Below are positions 11,436 through 25,509 of a stretch of 64,000 nucleotides of DNA, piece after piece (within the stretch, counting starts at the first letter, position 1; each line of letters starts with the position of its first letter). The position numbers were made by a program, and so were the translations under genes. Source of the stretch: Callorhinchus milii (lineage: Eukaryota); NCBI RefSeq assembly GCF_018977255.1, contig NW_024704742.1, forward strand, positions 31,312,001 to 31,376,000. The letters run 5' to 3'. The notes below the pieces were generated by a model, which saw only the letters and a list, made by a program, of their open reading frames with translations, had not been told where the DNA came from and did not search any database.

Positions 11436-11651
11436 ATTCCATTTTCAGGGTATTGTAAAATGTTAAGAAATTTGGCAAATTCAGAAATTTAGCCTTAGTC
11501 AGATGTTAGCCTGGCTCAGTTGATAACACTCTTTTCTGTGGTCAGAATATTGTCGTGTGATGGTGATTCTAACTTTGCATAGAAAGGTGGTTCAGCAAGA
11601 ACCCCAGCGACATTGTGCTGCTTAGCCTTTGTCACAGCTATTGATTCATCC

Positions 11652-11865
11652 TATAGCTGAGTGGTTAGAGCACTCGCCTCACAAGCGAGAGCACCTGGGT
11701 TTGATTCCCTATTCCACACACCTCTGTTTACCTAGCAGTAACAAGGAACCCTGTGGTTAGTTGATTGGCGGACTGCTTTTCAGTGGTAATAATCCCTTCA
11801 AAAATTAAAAAAAAAAATAATTTGGTTACTCAATCCACAACTGTTTGTGGGACACTGCTGTGCAC
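11652..11865 (+). mobile_element. tRNA-Ala/Deu SINE, long form, lacking the 3' tail
   Basis: Head and middle match the copy at 11074. Confidence 0.85.
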
Positions 11866-14199
11866 GTTGTTATTGTATTTTTTTAATTTTGGATCAACCT
11901 TCAGATATCGACATATTTTTTAAAACAAAATGTGATATTGCATCACTCCCCATGTGAGAACTAATAGGTCCTATAGGTTATTTTATGTTTTCCTATCATG
12001 TTGATTGCAAATATTGAACAGCAAAGTCTTTCAGAAATATTTGTGCTTCAGCTGCATTAAATTGGGTGGAAAACACTCGCCAGTCATAAAACTTCCTGAA
12101 GGGAATACATAAAAGTCTTTGGACAACGCACTAAAACTATTATTAATGTACACATTATTGGGACCTCAGGATTGTGTGACTCCCTTTAATTGCCTCCTAG
12201 CTTGTTATTTTTGTACCAGATGCAACCTTCATCTCTATTCATGGGAGGTGTTAAATGAACCTGATTCACAGAACCCACAAGTTCTTTCTGAGCGAGTCAG
12301 AGCGAGAGTAAATTATAAACGTCACAATTCAATGGCGAGTATTACAATATGATACATGCAGTGAGGTGTTAGGATACCTCGTATAGCATGAATAAAGAGG
12401 CTCAAGTACTATTTTTCCTTATTAAGGAATCCTGTTAACAAATGCTGCAGGTAAGAATCTTCATGATGGTATATTTTATACTAAGACACTGTATTACAAG
12501 ATCATTATCTCCAGTGATGTGGCCAGAAATAATATTTTTGCAGCAATCAGATATCAGATTATTATTATTATTACTTTGCATTTATTATAATAAAATCTGA
12601 CAACAACAATTTACACTTATATAACGCCCTCCACGCAGGGTAGCATCTCAGGTTCCAACCCTGTTGCACCTTTCAAAAAAGACAGACTTTATCTTGTGAA
12701 AATAAGTACACTATCTCTAAGTTTTATTGTTGAATACCATTCACTAATACTCTATTAGGGGACATATAGAAACTAACGGAACAAGTTCAGAATTTCCAGG
12801 TTCAGCAAAAATAATCTCGGAATAAATTGGAAAGTGATTGTGAAAATCTATTTTGTCTTTTAATGCTGAACCCAGGTTTTAGTGCAGGGGAGTGTGAAAG
12901 CGCAATGCCTGGAAAAGCTGGTCAGTCTTCTTAAATTTTATAATTTCACTCCATAACCATCAGTGGGTGGCACCAAATGGCTTGTGTGGATTGACCTCTT
13001 GCGACTTGATTAAATATTTATTTTTTTCAATATAAATTAAAGGGCAGTGGCCTCCACATCATAAAACAAATGAATTGTGCGTATAAGCACAATTATTCAA
13101 CTTGTTAACCTTTGCAGATCTCAGACCAATTTGAAATTTGTGCTTACGCTAAAGGATCCCGTGGAGTAAATGTGATTTAACAAGGATTCAATATACACCG
13201 GGTTCCACTTAAATGTATTTATTTACAATGACTGCGTAAATATGTATTGACTGAAAATGGGACAAGAATTGAGATGAATTCATCTGTCGGGTCAAAGAAG
13301 ACAATGTTACTGTCGTCCTTGATAGAGACGGTTTTCTGCTGACTTTGCGGGGAAAAAAATAACCATTCCATTCCATGCCATCCATTTTCACTATTTCCTG
13401 AACAATTGATTTATTCCACATTATTAATGAACTTTGTAGCAGTTCCACTTGTCAGGCCCACTCTGCGAGGGTCAATAATGAGAGGAAACCTGATGTTAGT
13501 GGATTCAGCTTAAGTGATTCTGTCATGCTAATGATTCAATATATCAGGACAAATGTCATCCCGTTCCAATATGTTAATTCCTGTGTTACTATTTGCATAA
13601 ACTACAGTCAATGAAGTACAAATGACTCTTTGAGGAAGAAAGCATGTTAGGGAATGATAAACAGTCATATTAGTTTCAACTTATTGTTGTTTCACATGCA
13701 TGGATATCTCCCTCCCCCACCCCACCCCCACCCCCTCGCATGTCACCAATATATAGTCAAGTGAAGCTTCAGCATTTTCTCCATAGCTCCAGCAAACAGA
13801 GCACCTGAGCTGCTATCCCAGAAGGGAACTTATACACTATTAGAAAAACACTGTGCCTTTTCTTGCTGAATCATTCTCTATTAACTAAAGGCGAGTATGA
13901 TGTTGATATAAGAGGTCAAGCCATGACCAAATAGCCACTTCAATGAGTTTGATACAGGTTCCTTGTAAAATAAGCTCATCGAGATGTCTGAATCCAAATT
14001 TTCTTTTCTTTTAACAAAGACCTTCCTTGGAGCTGTGCCACATTCCCACGAGGGCTGATGATGCTGGAGGGTGACTCTGCGGTACAGACCTGGCTTTGTA
14101 TTTGGAGTCCGTGGGTCAGCTCAGCTAAATTGAAATGCAAGTCTTGCTTTGTTCAACTGTAAGTTCAAATCGTCAGAAGTCATAATCAACCTATGCAGT

Positions 14200-14730
14200 G
14201 TTCTGGTCAGGCCATGTGTACTGCACGCCTTTCTGATCACCATAGCATAAGTGGGGGCTGCCAGGTCCCTAGGAGCAATGTAGAGAAGAGCAACAGCGAT
14301 GATCCCCAGTGATAGAGGAATTAGCTATGAGCAATGACTAGACAGCCTAGGACTCTTCAGTCTTGAATGGAGATCTCTCAGATGGGACTTTATAGAGGCA
14401 TATCATATTTTAAATTGGATTGAGAAAGTAAATCAAGAACAATACTTTAAGATGCACCAAGAGAGTAGAACAGAGGAACAAGAGAATAAGGAAACTTGAT
14501 TGTGAGGCGAGTGTGCTAACCACCCACCATGCTACAGGACTCCACGTTTATGCATTCCTTTACTATTACTGTCACTTACCATCTAGGGAACTCAATATTT
14601 AAAAGGGGTAATGTTCAGGTGTATGGAGGAAATGGCAGATAAAGGGGTCAGAATGGATTGTTCTTTCAAACAGCCAATATGGGCATGATGAACTGAATGG
14701 CTTCTATCTATACACTTCTGTGGTTCTATG
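14200..14730 (+). mobile_element. Old CR1 3' fragment with an antisense SINE head at about 14487-14545
   Basis: ctaggactcttcagtcttgaatggaga (LGLFSLE-like); CR1-type tail gaactgaatggcttct...ttctatg. Confidence 0.7.
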
Positions 14731-15769
14731 CCACGCTTACTAAAACAGCATGCAGCCTGGTTTGGATTTGCCTCCCACAGTGAGGTTTAAGTGAGAAATG
14801 GTGCCTGAGTATGTTGCAAAGAAATGATGTAGTAGAAGAGCATTAAGGTTTCACTCAGACCTCTGGTGCCTGGCTGCGAGAACAGTAAAGCCCCAGTTGA
14901 ACAGTCTGAGGTGACTAAATTGCTACTAGTTGCTGTCTTCGGCTGATGAAATCACTCTGATAGGTTTTCAAGAAGAGATTTAGTTGCAAATGGCAGAGGT
15001 CAGTGTATTGTGTATTCTATGTAGTCAATAATAAAGTCAGGACTTATGCAGACTGAATGTTAATCAGAGATCACAAGGACCTTGGAAAGTCATTTAAGAG
15101 TGGTGATTTGCTTTGTAATATTCTTTCAAGCAGACTCATGAGACTGTTCTTGAAACTTCTTAATTACAGACTAAACCGCATTATTTGGGATGTTTCACAA
15201 GCCCGATATTAATTCAATGTGGCAGTTGCGATGTTGAACAGCCACTCAACGATGGAGCGGAAACACAGTAAACATACAAATTCAAGCAAGTCACTTTATT
15301 TTTTTGGTGGGTGGGGAGGAAATAGTGAAATAGTTTTACGTTTAGATTTCTGATTGTCCTATTGACTAAATTCTGAGGTGTGCTCACTCATGCTCCTTTT
15401 TCGTAACACTGTAGATTGGGTTTGCACATTTTGGTTAACGGCAGCACCATACCATTAAGCAGCACAACGAGAGGTGCGTGAAATAGTCCAACGATTGTAA
15501 CATGTTGGTAAGATAACCAGCTCCCATTATACCATCTAATATGATAGCAATTTAGTAAACTACATTTCCCCTATAAACAGAAGGTAAAGTATACAGCAGT
15601 TGTTTGTTTTTGAAGAGATTCTCCATGAAATGTGCCACATAAATCCTGTCAAACAGAGATATATTTAATACAATCACACTGAAAAGTTATTTACAATTAA
15701 TACCATATTTATACATTTCAATGAGGTGTAAATTTAGTAGGTATCTGCTTAAACAGAATGTACACTTAA

Positions 15770-15993
15770 GGCCCCAAATTCTATCTAGCCTTAACTTGTT
15801 AAGACCCTTCAGTCTTACATTTTAGATGGAACATAATTATGCAAAAACGTTACTTTCAACCTGAATTTGGAAGCCGTTTTTCTGCATGTCTTCCAAATTA
15901 AGAATTAATTTATGAATTTTCCACAATTCTGCGCAATCTTACATTTTCAGACTAATTGCTCTTACTGGCTAAGACTAGGCAGAAATTTGGGCC
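15770..15993. mobile_element. Palindromic MITE (Harbinger-like)
   Basis: ggccccaaattctatctagccttaa...aatttggaag pairs with cttccaaatt...ctaagactaggcagaaatttgggcc. Confidence 0.65.
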
Positions 15994-16344
15994 ATTGTTG
16001 CTGTCACTTAGCTTTGACTGCGCACCTCCCAGCTTGTGCAGTGATATTAGGAAGTGTGTAGTATAAATTGAGGTTAGACAGTACAAATAGTACTGGAGGC
16101 TTTTTCATGAGATTACATAGAGGAGGTTGAGGAGTTGCTGTGTGTTTCATCCCTCTACAGTATAAACACAGCAGTTGCAGATTGAATTGTGCTCCATTCT
16201 CCAATGGCCCATTGAAAGCTTTCAGGGGTCCAATATAATACCCCAATCAATTTTGAGAGACCATTGCTTGATGCTAATGAGACATTAAACTGAGGCCCTG
16301 ACTGACCGTTCAGATGGACTTAGAAGATTCCATGGCACTACTTG

Positions 16345-16635
16345 ATAATAATAATAATAATCCTTGAATTTGATATAGCGCTTTTCACGACTTCTAGACG
16401 TCTCAAAGCGCTTCACAGAATATACTGTAAAGTGAATTGACTGTGTATTTGTGGGAGAAACGCAGCAGCCAATTGCACACAGCAGTGTCCTGCAAACAGT
16501 CATGGATTGAGTGACCAAAATTTTTTTTAGGGTTTATTATCCCTGGATAAGCGATCCGCCAATCGACTAACAATCGGGTTCCTACTTACTGCTAGGTAAA
16601 CAGAGACGTGTGGGGAAAGAAAACTTGCTCAATAT
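16345..16635 (-). mobile_element. tRNA-Ala/Deu SINE, long form, 5'-truncated, next to older SacSINE1-like pieces (16283-16344, 16660-16855)
   Basis: Tail, body and long-form insert present. Confidence 0.9.
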
Positions 16636-17142
16636 TTTGCCTTGTTATGGTATAAGAAAGGATTTTCTCTCAGTGACCTGGACAACAATCGCTCAAATAA
16701 AAATTGGACATTCATTTCAACGCTGTGCCCAATTTTTTCTGCTGCATTCTCTTCAAAATGCATGGACACTGCACTTTACAGTATATCCTATGAAGTGTTT
16801 TTAGATTTCTCCAGATGATAAAAGAGGCTATATCAAATGCAAGGATTATTATTTATTTTTATTTATTATTATTATTTATTATCCGAAGTACAGATTTCTA
16901 TGCATCTCTCTCTTTCCACTCTTGAATAGGATACAAGAACATACAGTATTTGTAATCTTATAGCTGATCCTTCTCCCACATTTAGATTCCAATCGTTGTA
17001 CCTTATTAATAACACAATGAACATTGTTCTGCTGAAATCTTCTCAAGCTTCAAATTCACCAGCATCCTCCTCCTCCCTGTAATTCTAATTGCGTGGAAAT
17101 GGAAACTGATCTCAGCATCTCCCACTCTATATTCTTTCCCAG

Positions 17143-17174
17143 GACATCCAGATGAGGTGCAGTGTGATAACCAG
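17143..17174 (+). other. Candidate 32-nt micro-exon
   Basis: attctttcccag|G...CAG|gtaagt consensus splice sites; no recognised protein. Confidence 0.25.
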
Positions 17175-17394
17175 GTAAGTGTGGTAAGAAAGTACAATTT
17201 GATAACCAGGTACAAAGTGAGCTAAGATCTTTTGTTTCTCCACTTTACTTCTCCCAGCCATCCCTTTGTATGCTTTGCCTCTCCTCTCACTGCATTCTCT
17301 CTCTCTCTCTGCCTCTCCTTCCCTCCCTCACCCAACCCTTTTTCTTCTCTTCATTCTATAATCAATTATAATTCAAACTTGGCACCAACCCATT

Positions 17395-17790
17395 TTTCCT
17401 ATACTGCATTGTCAGAGATGTTGTCCTTCGGATATGACTTTAAAACAGGGCCCTCTCTGCTTGTTTTGTTGGACATAAAACATCCCATTATTCAGAAAGA
17501 GAAGGCAGGTTTGCTGTCTCATGTCCTGGCCAAAAAATCCAGATAAGTTAGTCATTCACTTTGAGGTGCTTTGCTGTGTGCAAATTGCCACTGCATTTTC
17601 CTAAAAAATACAGTCACTACACTTTACAGCAATTATTGGATTAGATTTTAGATATATCAAATACAAGGATTGTTAGGTGTATTATTATATCAAATACAAG
17701 GATTATTATTTTCTAGTATTACATCAAATATAAGGATTATTATATTACTATTATTATATCAAATACAAGAATCAGTATATTATTATTATT
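17395..17790 (+). mobile_element. SacSINE1-like SINE with tandemly amplified tail
   Basis: Body 17395-17635, then four units of atcaaata(c/t)aag(g/a)at... Confidence 0.8.
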
Positions 17791-17864
17791 ACATATTGTA
17801 GCACCAGATTGCACAGGTATAAGTAGTAAACAGTAGTTTCCTGTGAGCTGTAGATCAGTGGATC

Positions 17865-20110
17865 CAACAACAACAACTTGGATTTATTTAGTGCCCACAA
17901 TGCCGGATGGCGTCTCAGAGCGCTTTACAGTAACAGATCCTGGGACTGAGTCAGGGGGAGGGGTGGGAAGGTGACCAAAGGTGCGGTTGAAAAGAAAGGT
18001 CTTCAGCAGAAACCTGAAAATGGGAAGGGAGGGAATGAGACGAAGAGAGCGAGGAAAGCAATTCCAGAGCCTTGGGGCATAGTGGCTGAAGGCACGGCCG
18101 CCGAGGGTGGAGCGGAGGACTCGGGGGATGAGGAGGAGGCCAGGCCCGGAGGAACGAAGGCAATGGGTACTGTTTTGAGGAGAGAGGAGGTCAGAGAGGT
18201 AGGGGGGTGCAGAGGAGTGCAGGGACTTGAATACAAGGGTGAGGATCTTGAAATCGATCCTCTCTGGGATAGGCAGCCAGTGCAGTCTGGCAAGGACTGG
18301 GGTGATCGGGGAGCGGAGTTTGGTGCTGATGAGAATGCGGACGGCAGAGTTTTGAATGATTTGGATTTTATGGATGGTAGTGGAGGGGAGACCGGCGAGG
18401 AGGGCGTTAGAATAGCCCAGCCGAGAGGTGACAACGGCATGGACCAGGGTTTCAGCGGCTTTTGGGGAGAGGTATTGGCGGAGATGGGCGATGGATCGGA
18501 GGTGGTAGAAGGCGGTGCTGGTGAGGGACCGGATGTGGGGGAGGAACGATAATTGGGGGTCGAACCTGACGCCTAGGTTGCATACGGGTTCGGAGAGTTT
18601 TAGGGGGAGGTTGGGTAGGTGGAGGAGGTGAGAGCCGTGAGATTTTAGATATTAACGAGAGCCAAAGAGTATGGCTTCTGTCTTGTCAACATTCAGCTGA
18701 AGGAAGTTTGCGCTCATCCAGCCCCTGAGATCTGACAGCCAGGCTGACAGAACATCAGGGGACTGGAGGTCGCAAAGAGAGGTGGAAAAATAGAGTTGGG
18801 TGACATCTGCATACATGTGGAAATGTACCCCATGTTTATGGATGACATCACCAAGAGGGAGCATGTAGATCAGAAAGAGGAGGGGGCCAAGGATGGATCC
18901 TTGGGGTACCCCACAGGTAACCGGGTGAGAGCGGGAGGAGAAGCAGTTTGTGCTGATATACTGCTGGCGGTTTGTGAGGTAGGACTCGAACCAGGCGAGT
19001 GCAGTTCCACTGAGGTGGATTACGGAGGAAAGGTGGTGGAGGAGGATGGCGTGATCGACTGTGTCGAACGAGTGGAGAGGTCCAGGAGGACAAGGAGGCA
19101 GAGGGATCCCTGGTCACAGATAGAGAGGATGTCGTTGTGACTTTCACAAGCACAGTCTCTGTACTGTGGGCAGGGCGGATACCGGACTGGAGGGGTTCGA
19201 AGAAGGAGTGGGAGGAGAGGTGTGTGCGAAGTTGGTTGGCAACAACTCGTTCTAGAATTTTTGAGAGGAAGGACAGGTTAGAAATAGGGCAGTAGTGGCT
19301 GGGGTTTGAGGGATCTAGGGAGGGTTTTTCAGGAGGGGTGATGACAGCAGTTTTGGGTGAGACAGGGACTGATCCAGAGGAGAGGGATTGGTTGATGATG
19401 TCAGCCAGTAGTGGGCAGAGGAGGGGTAGCTGGGTGACCAGTAAGTTGGTGGGGAGGGGGTCGAGACAGCAAGTGGTGAGTTTCATGGAGGTGATGGTGG
19501 GTGAGAGGGAGGAGGGAGAGATGGGGAGGAAGGAATGTAGAATGGGGATGGTGGTATGAGCAGATGATGAGGAAGGTGAAGGGGACAGAGAGGGCGCGGT
19601 GGTGGGTGACAAGGTACAGGTGGATGAGACTGCCTGGCGGATGTTAAGTATTTTAGAAGAAAAGAAGTCCATGACCTCCTCGCACTTGGCATTTGATACG
19701 AAGATTGAGAAGGCCTGAGGGGGGACATGGAGGAGGTAGTGTGTGGTGGAAAAAAGGATTTTAGGGTTGTGTTTAGCCTCCAAGATGATGTTGGAGTAGA
19801 AGGCCGTTTTTGTACAAGTCAAAGAACGGCAGTAGCTGTGGAGATGCTCAAGCCACAGTTGGTGGTGGACTGTCAGGCCAGTTTTCCGCTATCTGCGCTC
19901 GAGCAGACGGGTTTGAGTGTTTTGGCGGCGGAGATTGTTGTACCAGGGAATCGGGTGGGTTTGGAGATGGTCCTAGATTTCAGGGGCACGAGGGAGTTGA
20001 AGGTGGAGAAGAGGCGATCATGGAGCAGCTGTACGGCTGCTTCAGGATCTCCACACGTAGAAGGCCAGAGGGATAGGTTATTTGATGATGAGAGGGCTTT
20101 GTGACGGTCT
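17865..20110 (-). pseudogene. L2 LINE, about 2.25 kb, 5'-truncated, frameshifted ORF2 (reverse transcriptase)
   Basis: [54 protein letters not shown] (YADD mutated), (TTG)n tail. Confidence 0.95.
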
Positions 20111-21833
20111 GTTCCAAGGACTGTAGAGGACTGAATTGTCCCCTTACTGTGCATTGCCATGCATGGTTCCTTGAAGTTTCTCCACCAGGTTTCAGAAGCA
20201 AATTAGAATTCTAATGTTGCCCCTCAGTGGCCTCCTTTTTAGATCATGAAAGCCATTGGAAGATATACCGTTGGGCCCCATCAGGATAGTTAATATACAC
20301 AAGATGACGCCACTATTTATCCAACCTCCTAATTCAGCATGATCTTTCCAAAATAAAGGTTTCAACAATTATCTAGCTTAATTTATTGATAATTATTATA
20401 GCCATAGTCAATTAAATCATTTTGGTCAATTATTCATTCCAGTGTCGTTCAGGGCCACAAAGTCTTGGAAATGAAAGCACTTTATAAGACTGCTTAATTT
20501 ACATTGTGTAGTTTTTCTGCCATTTACATTGCTCAGTCTAAGCTAATGGGAGGGCATTTACATTACAAATTCCACTAGATAATGTCAGATGCATTATTAA
20601 ACCCAGGACGATGGGGCATAAAACAGCTGGTAAATGGAAATTAGGAGCCGACCAATGATTCATTATTTATCATCATTCTGGGTCAGCCCATTAGAGCAGT
20701 GAGAGGCAAATGATTTGTTTAGTTTGCAAAGTAAAATAGAAACCTCTGTTTCAGCTGACGCACTGTGTTCAATAGCTGCTACAAGGACGATGTGCACACA
20801 TGAACTTTCATTGAGTGTGGGCACTTCCATTGGCATTAATCAGCGTGTATTACTGTGACTTTTTTGTGTGAGTTTGCGAGCTTGAAGGTTGACGAGCTCT
20901 ACAAGCTCAGTACAATACTTGCATCCAGATCAGCTTAAGGATCCCTGGCGTGAATATTCGTAAAAAGGAATTGAGGTCAGTTTAGTTTGACATTTAGTGC
21001 ATTGAATGCACATTAATCTGCATTCTCGCTATCCTTCCTCCATCCCACTACCCACATCACCACATGGTTTCGCCCACATTGCTTTTGCCCATTTTACAGT
21101 ATATCCTGTGAAGCGTTTTGAAACGTCTCATGCAAAGATTATTATTATTTATTGTAGACTTCACCATTGAGAATGGGATATGTGTATGTTTTATGTGGGG
21201 CTAATCTATGACACACCCATCTAGATCTTTTCAATGTGCTGAGTACTGAATGGACCACTAAATTAACCCCATCCATAGAACACATGGCATGGAAGAGCTG
21301 GGACCATGATTGGTGTTAGGCTTCAAAGAGGCTCTAAACAACAACAACAACAAAATTACATTTTCACGTCACGTCAATCATTGATTGATAAAAATATCAA
21401 TCTTTTCTGCAGATTTGTACAATAGAAAATCGCAATACCCTTTCACAGTCAGCTCAGTTTTGAGTCTAAATCAGACCGAATAATGGAAGTCATCTCAGTT
21501 TAACTTCTTCACCTTTGAGTGTGAAAATTGTGACATGGGATAATTATCACATCACATGGCAAGATTTTCAGCTGCTTTACCACAACATCAATTATGTCAA
21601 TAGCCCCTTGAAATATAAAGATATCAAAGAGTTTGGGGAAAGAGTAAGTAAATGGAATAAGAGTAAATAGCTCCAGTTGATAATGGTTATCACAGCACAG
21701 GCAGGATGGGCTGAACGGATACACCCCATGCTGAAAACCTTGTGATTTTATGGTGTAGTTTGCTTTTCGATCTGTTTTGTAATGACATGTTGTATTGAAA
21801 TGGTTTATAAAATGAGCTAAATGATAAGATATG

Positions 21834-22161
21834 ATAATAATCCTTGCATTTGATATAGCACCTTATCATGTCTTCACAGATTATACTGTAAAGTGAATTG
21901 TCTGTATATTTTGTGAGCGAAATGCGGCAGCCAATTTGCACACAACAGTGTCCCACAAACAGTCGTGGATTGAGTGATCAATATTTTTTTAAAAGAATTA
22001 TTACCCCTGAACAAGGATCCTCCAATCGACTAACATCCGGGTGCCTATTTACTGCTAGGTAAACGATTGAAGAAACTTGTCCAAAATTTTGTCCTGCTGG
22101 GAATTGATTCCGGGTCTCTCACTTGCGAGGCGAGTGCTCTAACCACTGAGCTACAGGACTG
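21834..22161 (-). mobile_element. tRNA-Ala/Deu SINE, long form
   Basis: Head, body and tail present. Confidence 0.9.
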
Positions 22162-22294
22162 CAATCAGGGCTATATGGGAACTTCTCCAGTCAGTGCTTC
22201 AAATCTCTGTCTTTCAAGAGTTGAAAATTACCCAAAGAGGTAGAATTTCCATGCTCACCATTTTGAATGAAAAATAATCATAATAGTTTTCATA

Positions 22295-22600
22295 TTTGAA
22301 GCATGACACCTCCGACAATGTAGCACTCACACTCTGCAGCACTGGAGCATCAAATTGGACTATGGGCTCAATTTGGAATATGAGACTCGAACTCAGAATA
22401 TTTTTGACCCAGAGGCAAGTGTGCTACCAATGTTGTCAGCCTGACAACCTATGTACCATTATTATTATTATACTTGATTTCATGTCATGCCTTCCATTAC
22501 GGAAGTACTTCAAAGTAAAGTACTTCACAGGATTTCACTGTAAAGTGTAGTGACTGTAAATTTCATAGGCAATTCGTGAACAGCAATGTCCAACAAGCAA
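22295..22600 (-). mobile_element. SacSINE1-like SINE pieces (5' part 22295-22445, 3' part about 22460-22600)
   Basis: gacacctccgacaatgtagcactc...tgacccagaggcaagtgtgctaccaa. Confidence 0.7.
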
Positions 22601-23477
22601 CCATTAAGTCAACATCCCATGAGTGTCTTCCTTTAAAAGCACAGGGATCATTTTGTTCCCCATTTTCTCACTCACTTTATTTCCTTGAACAGTGACAGTA
22701 TATTATTAGTATATTAGTCCCTTTCCCCTTCACTGCTCCCCATCCACCCCCAGAATAAAGTGTGCAGCCTGAAGACTGACGATGCTCCCTCTGAGCCCTG
22801 GAAGGTGGGCTGGAGTGAGTCATATGCAGACTTGCTCTTAAACACAAAGGATGCTTCATTCGCATATTGCAAGGAGTAATGAGTTCTCCTGCACAGAGTT
22901 CACAATGTCATCCCTCCACGATGGGGAAAAAAAGTTTCCATCCAAATTAAATTTTACGTTATACCCTCTGCTGAAAGGGTACATCAATCAAAATATTTCC
23001 AATTTGCATGGTTTAGTGCTGTACAAGTCTGTCTCATGCAAGTATTAACCCACAGCCATTTGGGAGTGAGAGAACAAGGTAATCAAGATTTGAAATAAAA
23101 TAGGTGGGTTATCTCATTCTACCCAGACCAAAAATAAAATCAGCTGGACACTGGTTAGTTTAATTCAACTGCATATAAAAAACAGGTGAATAATTTAATT
23201 CAATGCAATGTGACGGTGGGTATAACTCCCGATATAATATGAAAAACAAGTAAATGCAATGTAAAATGTACATAGTTTAATTTCCAATGCTCCAGTGTCA
23301 GGGTTTTCATTAAGTAGTGAGAATAAATTACATTCCTATCCTCCCCTTTTGGATTGGAGAACCACCTTTATCAATGCTGTAGGATTGTATTTATAGAAGG
23401 GTTCACTACCTACAGGTTTCTTATTAGTTGGTTCAATTCAAGCTACAGTTGTCATCCAGTCAGTTCTTTGTCCTAAA

Positions 23478-23770
23478 CATAACAGCATTCATATAGCACC
23501 TTTCATGTAGGATAAATCTCCCAAAGCACTTCAGAAGAAGGGTAGGAAGTATGAACCAGGAATGGGAATTTGTAACAGTGGTGATCAACTGCACAGTGAA
23601 AGACAATCCTTTTTTAGCAGGTTCTGAAGGCAAAGAGAGATGGAGCAAGGCAAAGGCGATTTGGAGAGAGAATTCCGGAGAGCAGGAGTTACTTAAGGAT
23701 TGGTCACCAATGGTAAAATGGAATTACTAAGGAACGAACAGTAGACCAGATTTGGAAGAGTTATAAAGTG
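23478..23770 (-). mobile_element. Older L2 3' fragment
   Basis: gcattcatatagcacctttcatg tail; ggagagagaattccggagagcagg matches antisense L2 C-terminus. Confidence 0.6.
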
Positions 23771-24187
23771 AAAGCTGTGCAGAAGTTCTAGTCCTGCCTT
23801 ATGCTTCTGAGGTTAAAAAAAGTCTTTTGTTTTGCAATGAAAAAAATAAAAATCAACTGCAAATATAGGGTGAAAATTGCAACGTGATAATTATAATAAT
23901 AATAATCCTTGCATTTGATATAGTGCCTTATCACGTCCTTGAGACACATGGCTGACCAAAAAAAAAGTGATAATTAATCCCACATTGTCATTTGTGTTAT
24001 TGTTTAACAAATTGGTTTTTATTTAAAAAATGTGGTTCCAATGGTCACACTGCAGTGTTAGAGGGATTATAAAAATACCATCAGAGTTCCACTAATGGCC
24101 TTTAATTCATTGCAGATTCTAGACTGGTGCAATATAGACATTTCATTATGTGCGTTATCTATACAGCACATTTAAAAGAGAAACAGT

Positions 24188-24345
24188 AGGTTGAAAGATT
24201 GTGGGTTCAAGCCACACATCGGGATTTTGAGCTCATAGTCTAGGCTGACACTTCAGTGCAAATACTGAGGGAATGCTGGAATGTCAGAAGTGCCGTCCTT
24301 CAGATGAAACATTAAATTGAGGATCTGTCTGCCTGTTTTGATGGG
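24188..24345 (+). mobile_element. SacSINE1-like SINE, 5' part
   Basis: ttgtgggttcaagcc...tctaggctgacacttcagtgcaaatactgagggaatgctg. Confidence 0.8.
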
Positions 24346-24423
24346 TATCAACCTTTCATGTACTAACTAATATCAGGTTGAAAACTTTGCTTTTCCTGAG
24401 TTCCCCCTATATCCTGTTATGAG

Positions 24424-25340
24424 ACAACAACAACAAAATTATATTTGTATAGTGCCTTTCATATCGGGAGGACATCCTAAGGTGCTGAACGGTCACGGAT
24501 TAGCACCCGAGCGTGGGGGTGCAGAGTTGGGATGAGGGAGGGGAGAGAGGTAGGAGGGCGGCTGAAGGCACGGTCAAGAAGGAAGGTCTTGAGTCGTGCC
24601 TTAAAGGAAACAAGGGAGGGAGCAAGGCGAAAGGATTGTGGGATGGAGTTCCAAAGTGTGGGGGCAAAGAGGCTGAAAGCCCGGCTGCCAATAGTGGGGC
24701 GGGTCGGGTAGGAGACCTGCTGAATGGAGGGAGCAGACACGTTGATAGGGGTTAGCAGGTCAGAGAGGTAGGAGGGGGCAAGGCCGTGGAGAGCCTTGAA
24801 AATGAGGATAAGGATTTTGAATTCTGTCCTCTGAGGGATGGGGAGCTAGTGGAACCGGGCGAGGGTGGGGGTGATGGGGTCTCGGAGCCTGGTGCAGGAA
24901 AGGACACGAGCTGTAGAGTTCTGGATGACCTGCAGCTTGTGGAGGAAAGAGTTGGGGAGGGTGACAAGGAGGGAGTTTCTGTAGTTGAGCCTTGAGGTGA
25001 CGAATGCGTGTATGAATGCGGAGGCAGTGGCGGAGTTGGACAATGTTGTGGAGGTGGGGGAAGGCAGAGCAGGTCATGGCATGGATATGGGGGGAAAAAG
25101 GACAGTTGAGGGTTGAACAAGATGCCTAGGTTCTTGACTGGCTTGGTGAGGTGGAGTGTGCATTCGTGGATGCTGATGCTGCCAGCGCCTGAGGTGCAGA
25201 GGCGCTGGCGTGAGCCAATCAGGAGAGCCTCGGTCTTGCTGACATTCAGCTGTAGAAAGTTGGCTCTCATCCAGGACTTGTTGTCTGACAGACATTCTGT
25301 CAGGACGTCAGTTGTTCTGGAATCGAGGGTGGAGGCCGAG
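24424..25340 (-). mobile_element. L2 LINE 3' fragment
   Basis: [53 protein letters not shown]. Confidence 0.95.
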
Positions 25341-25509
25341 AGATGGACAAATTTAATGCACAGCTGGCTTTGGGGCCAACTATTGCATTGGAGTTGATGT
25401 TAATGGTATTAATTAACATATCACCAGTCACAATTTTGATACCTTGGAAAAAAGGCAAAAACAGTGCTTAAAAGATTGGAATAATAATAATAAGGGGTCA
25501 AGTATATCT

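Noticed and set aside
17971..18552. 193-aa plus-strand ORF and similar G/E/R-rich ORFs (8075, 18796, 19727, 24513, 31544)
   Set aside because: Antisense shadows of C-rich L2 sequence
20217..20232. Weak CTCF-like motifs (also 5900, 6400) and a CRE tgacgtca at 1703
   Set aside because: Imperfect or short matches expected by chance
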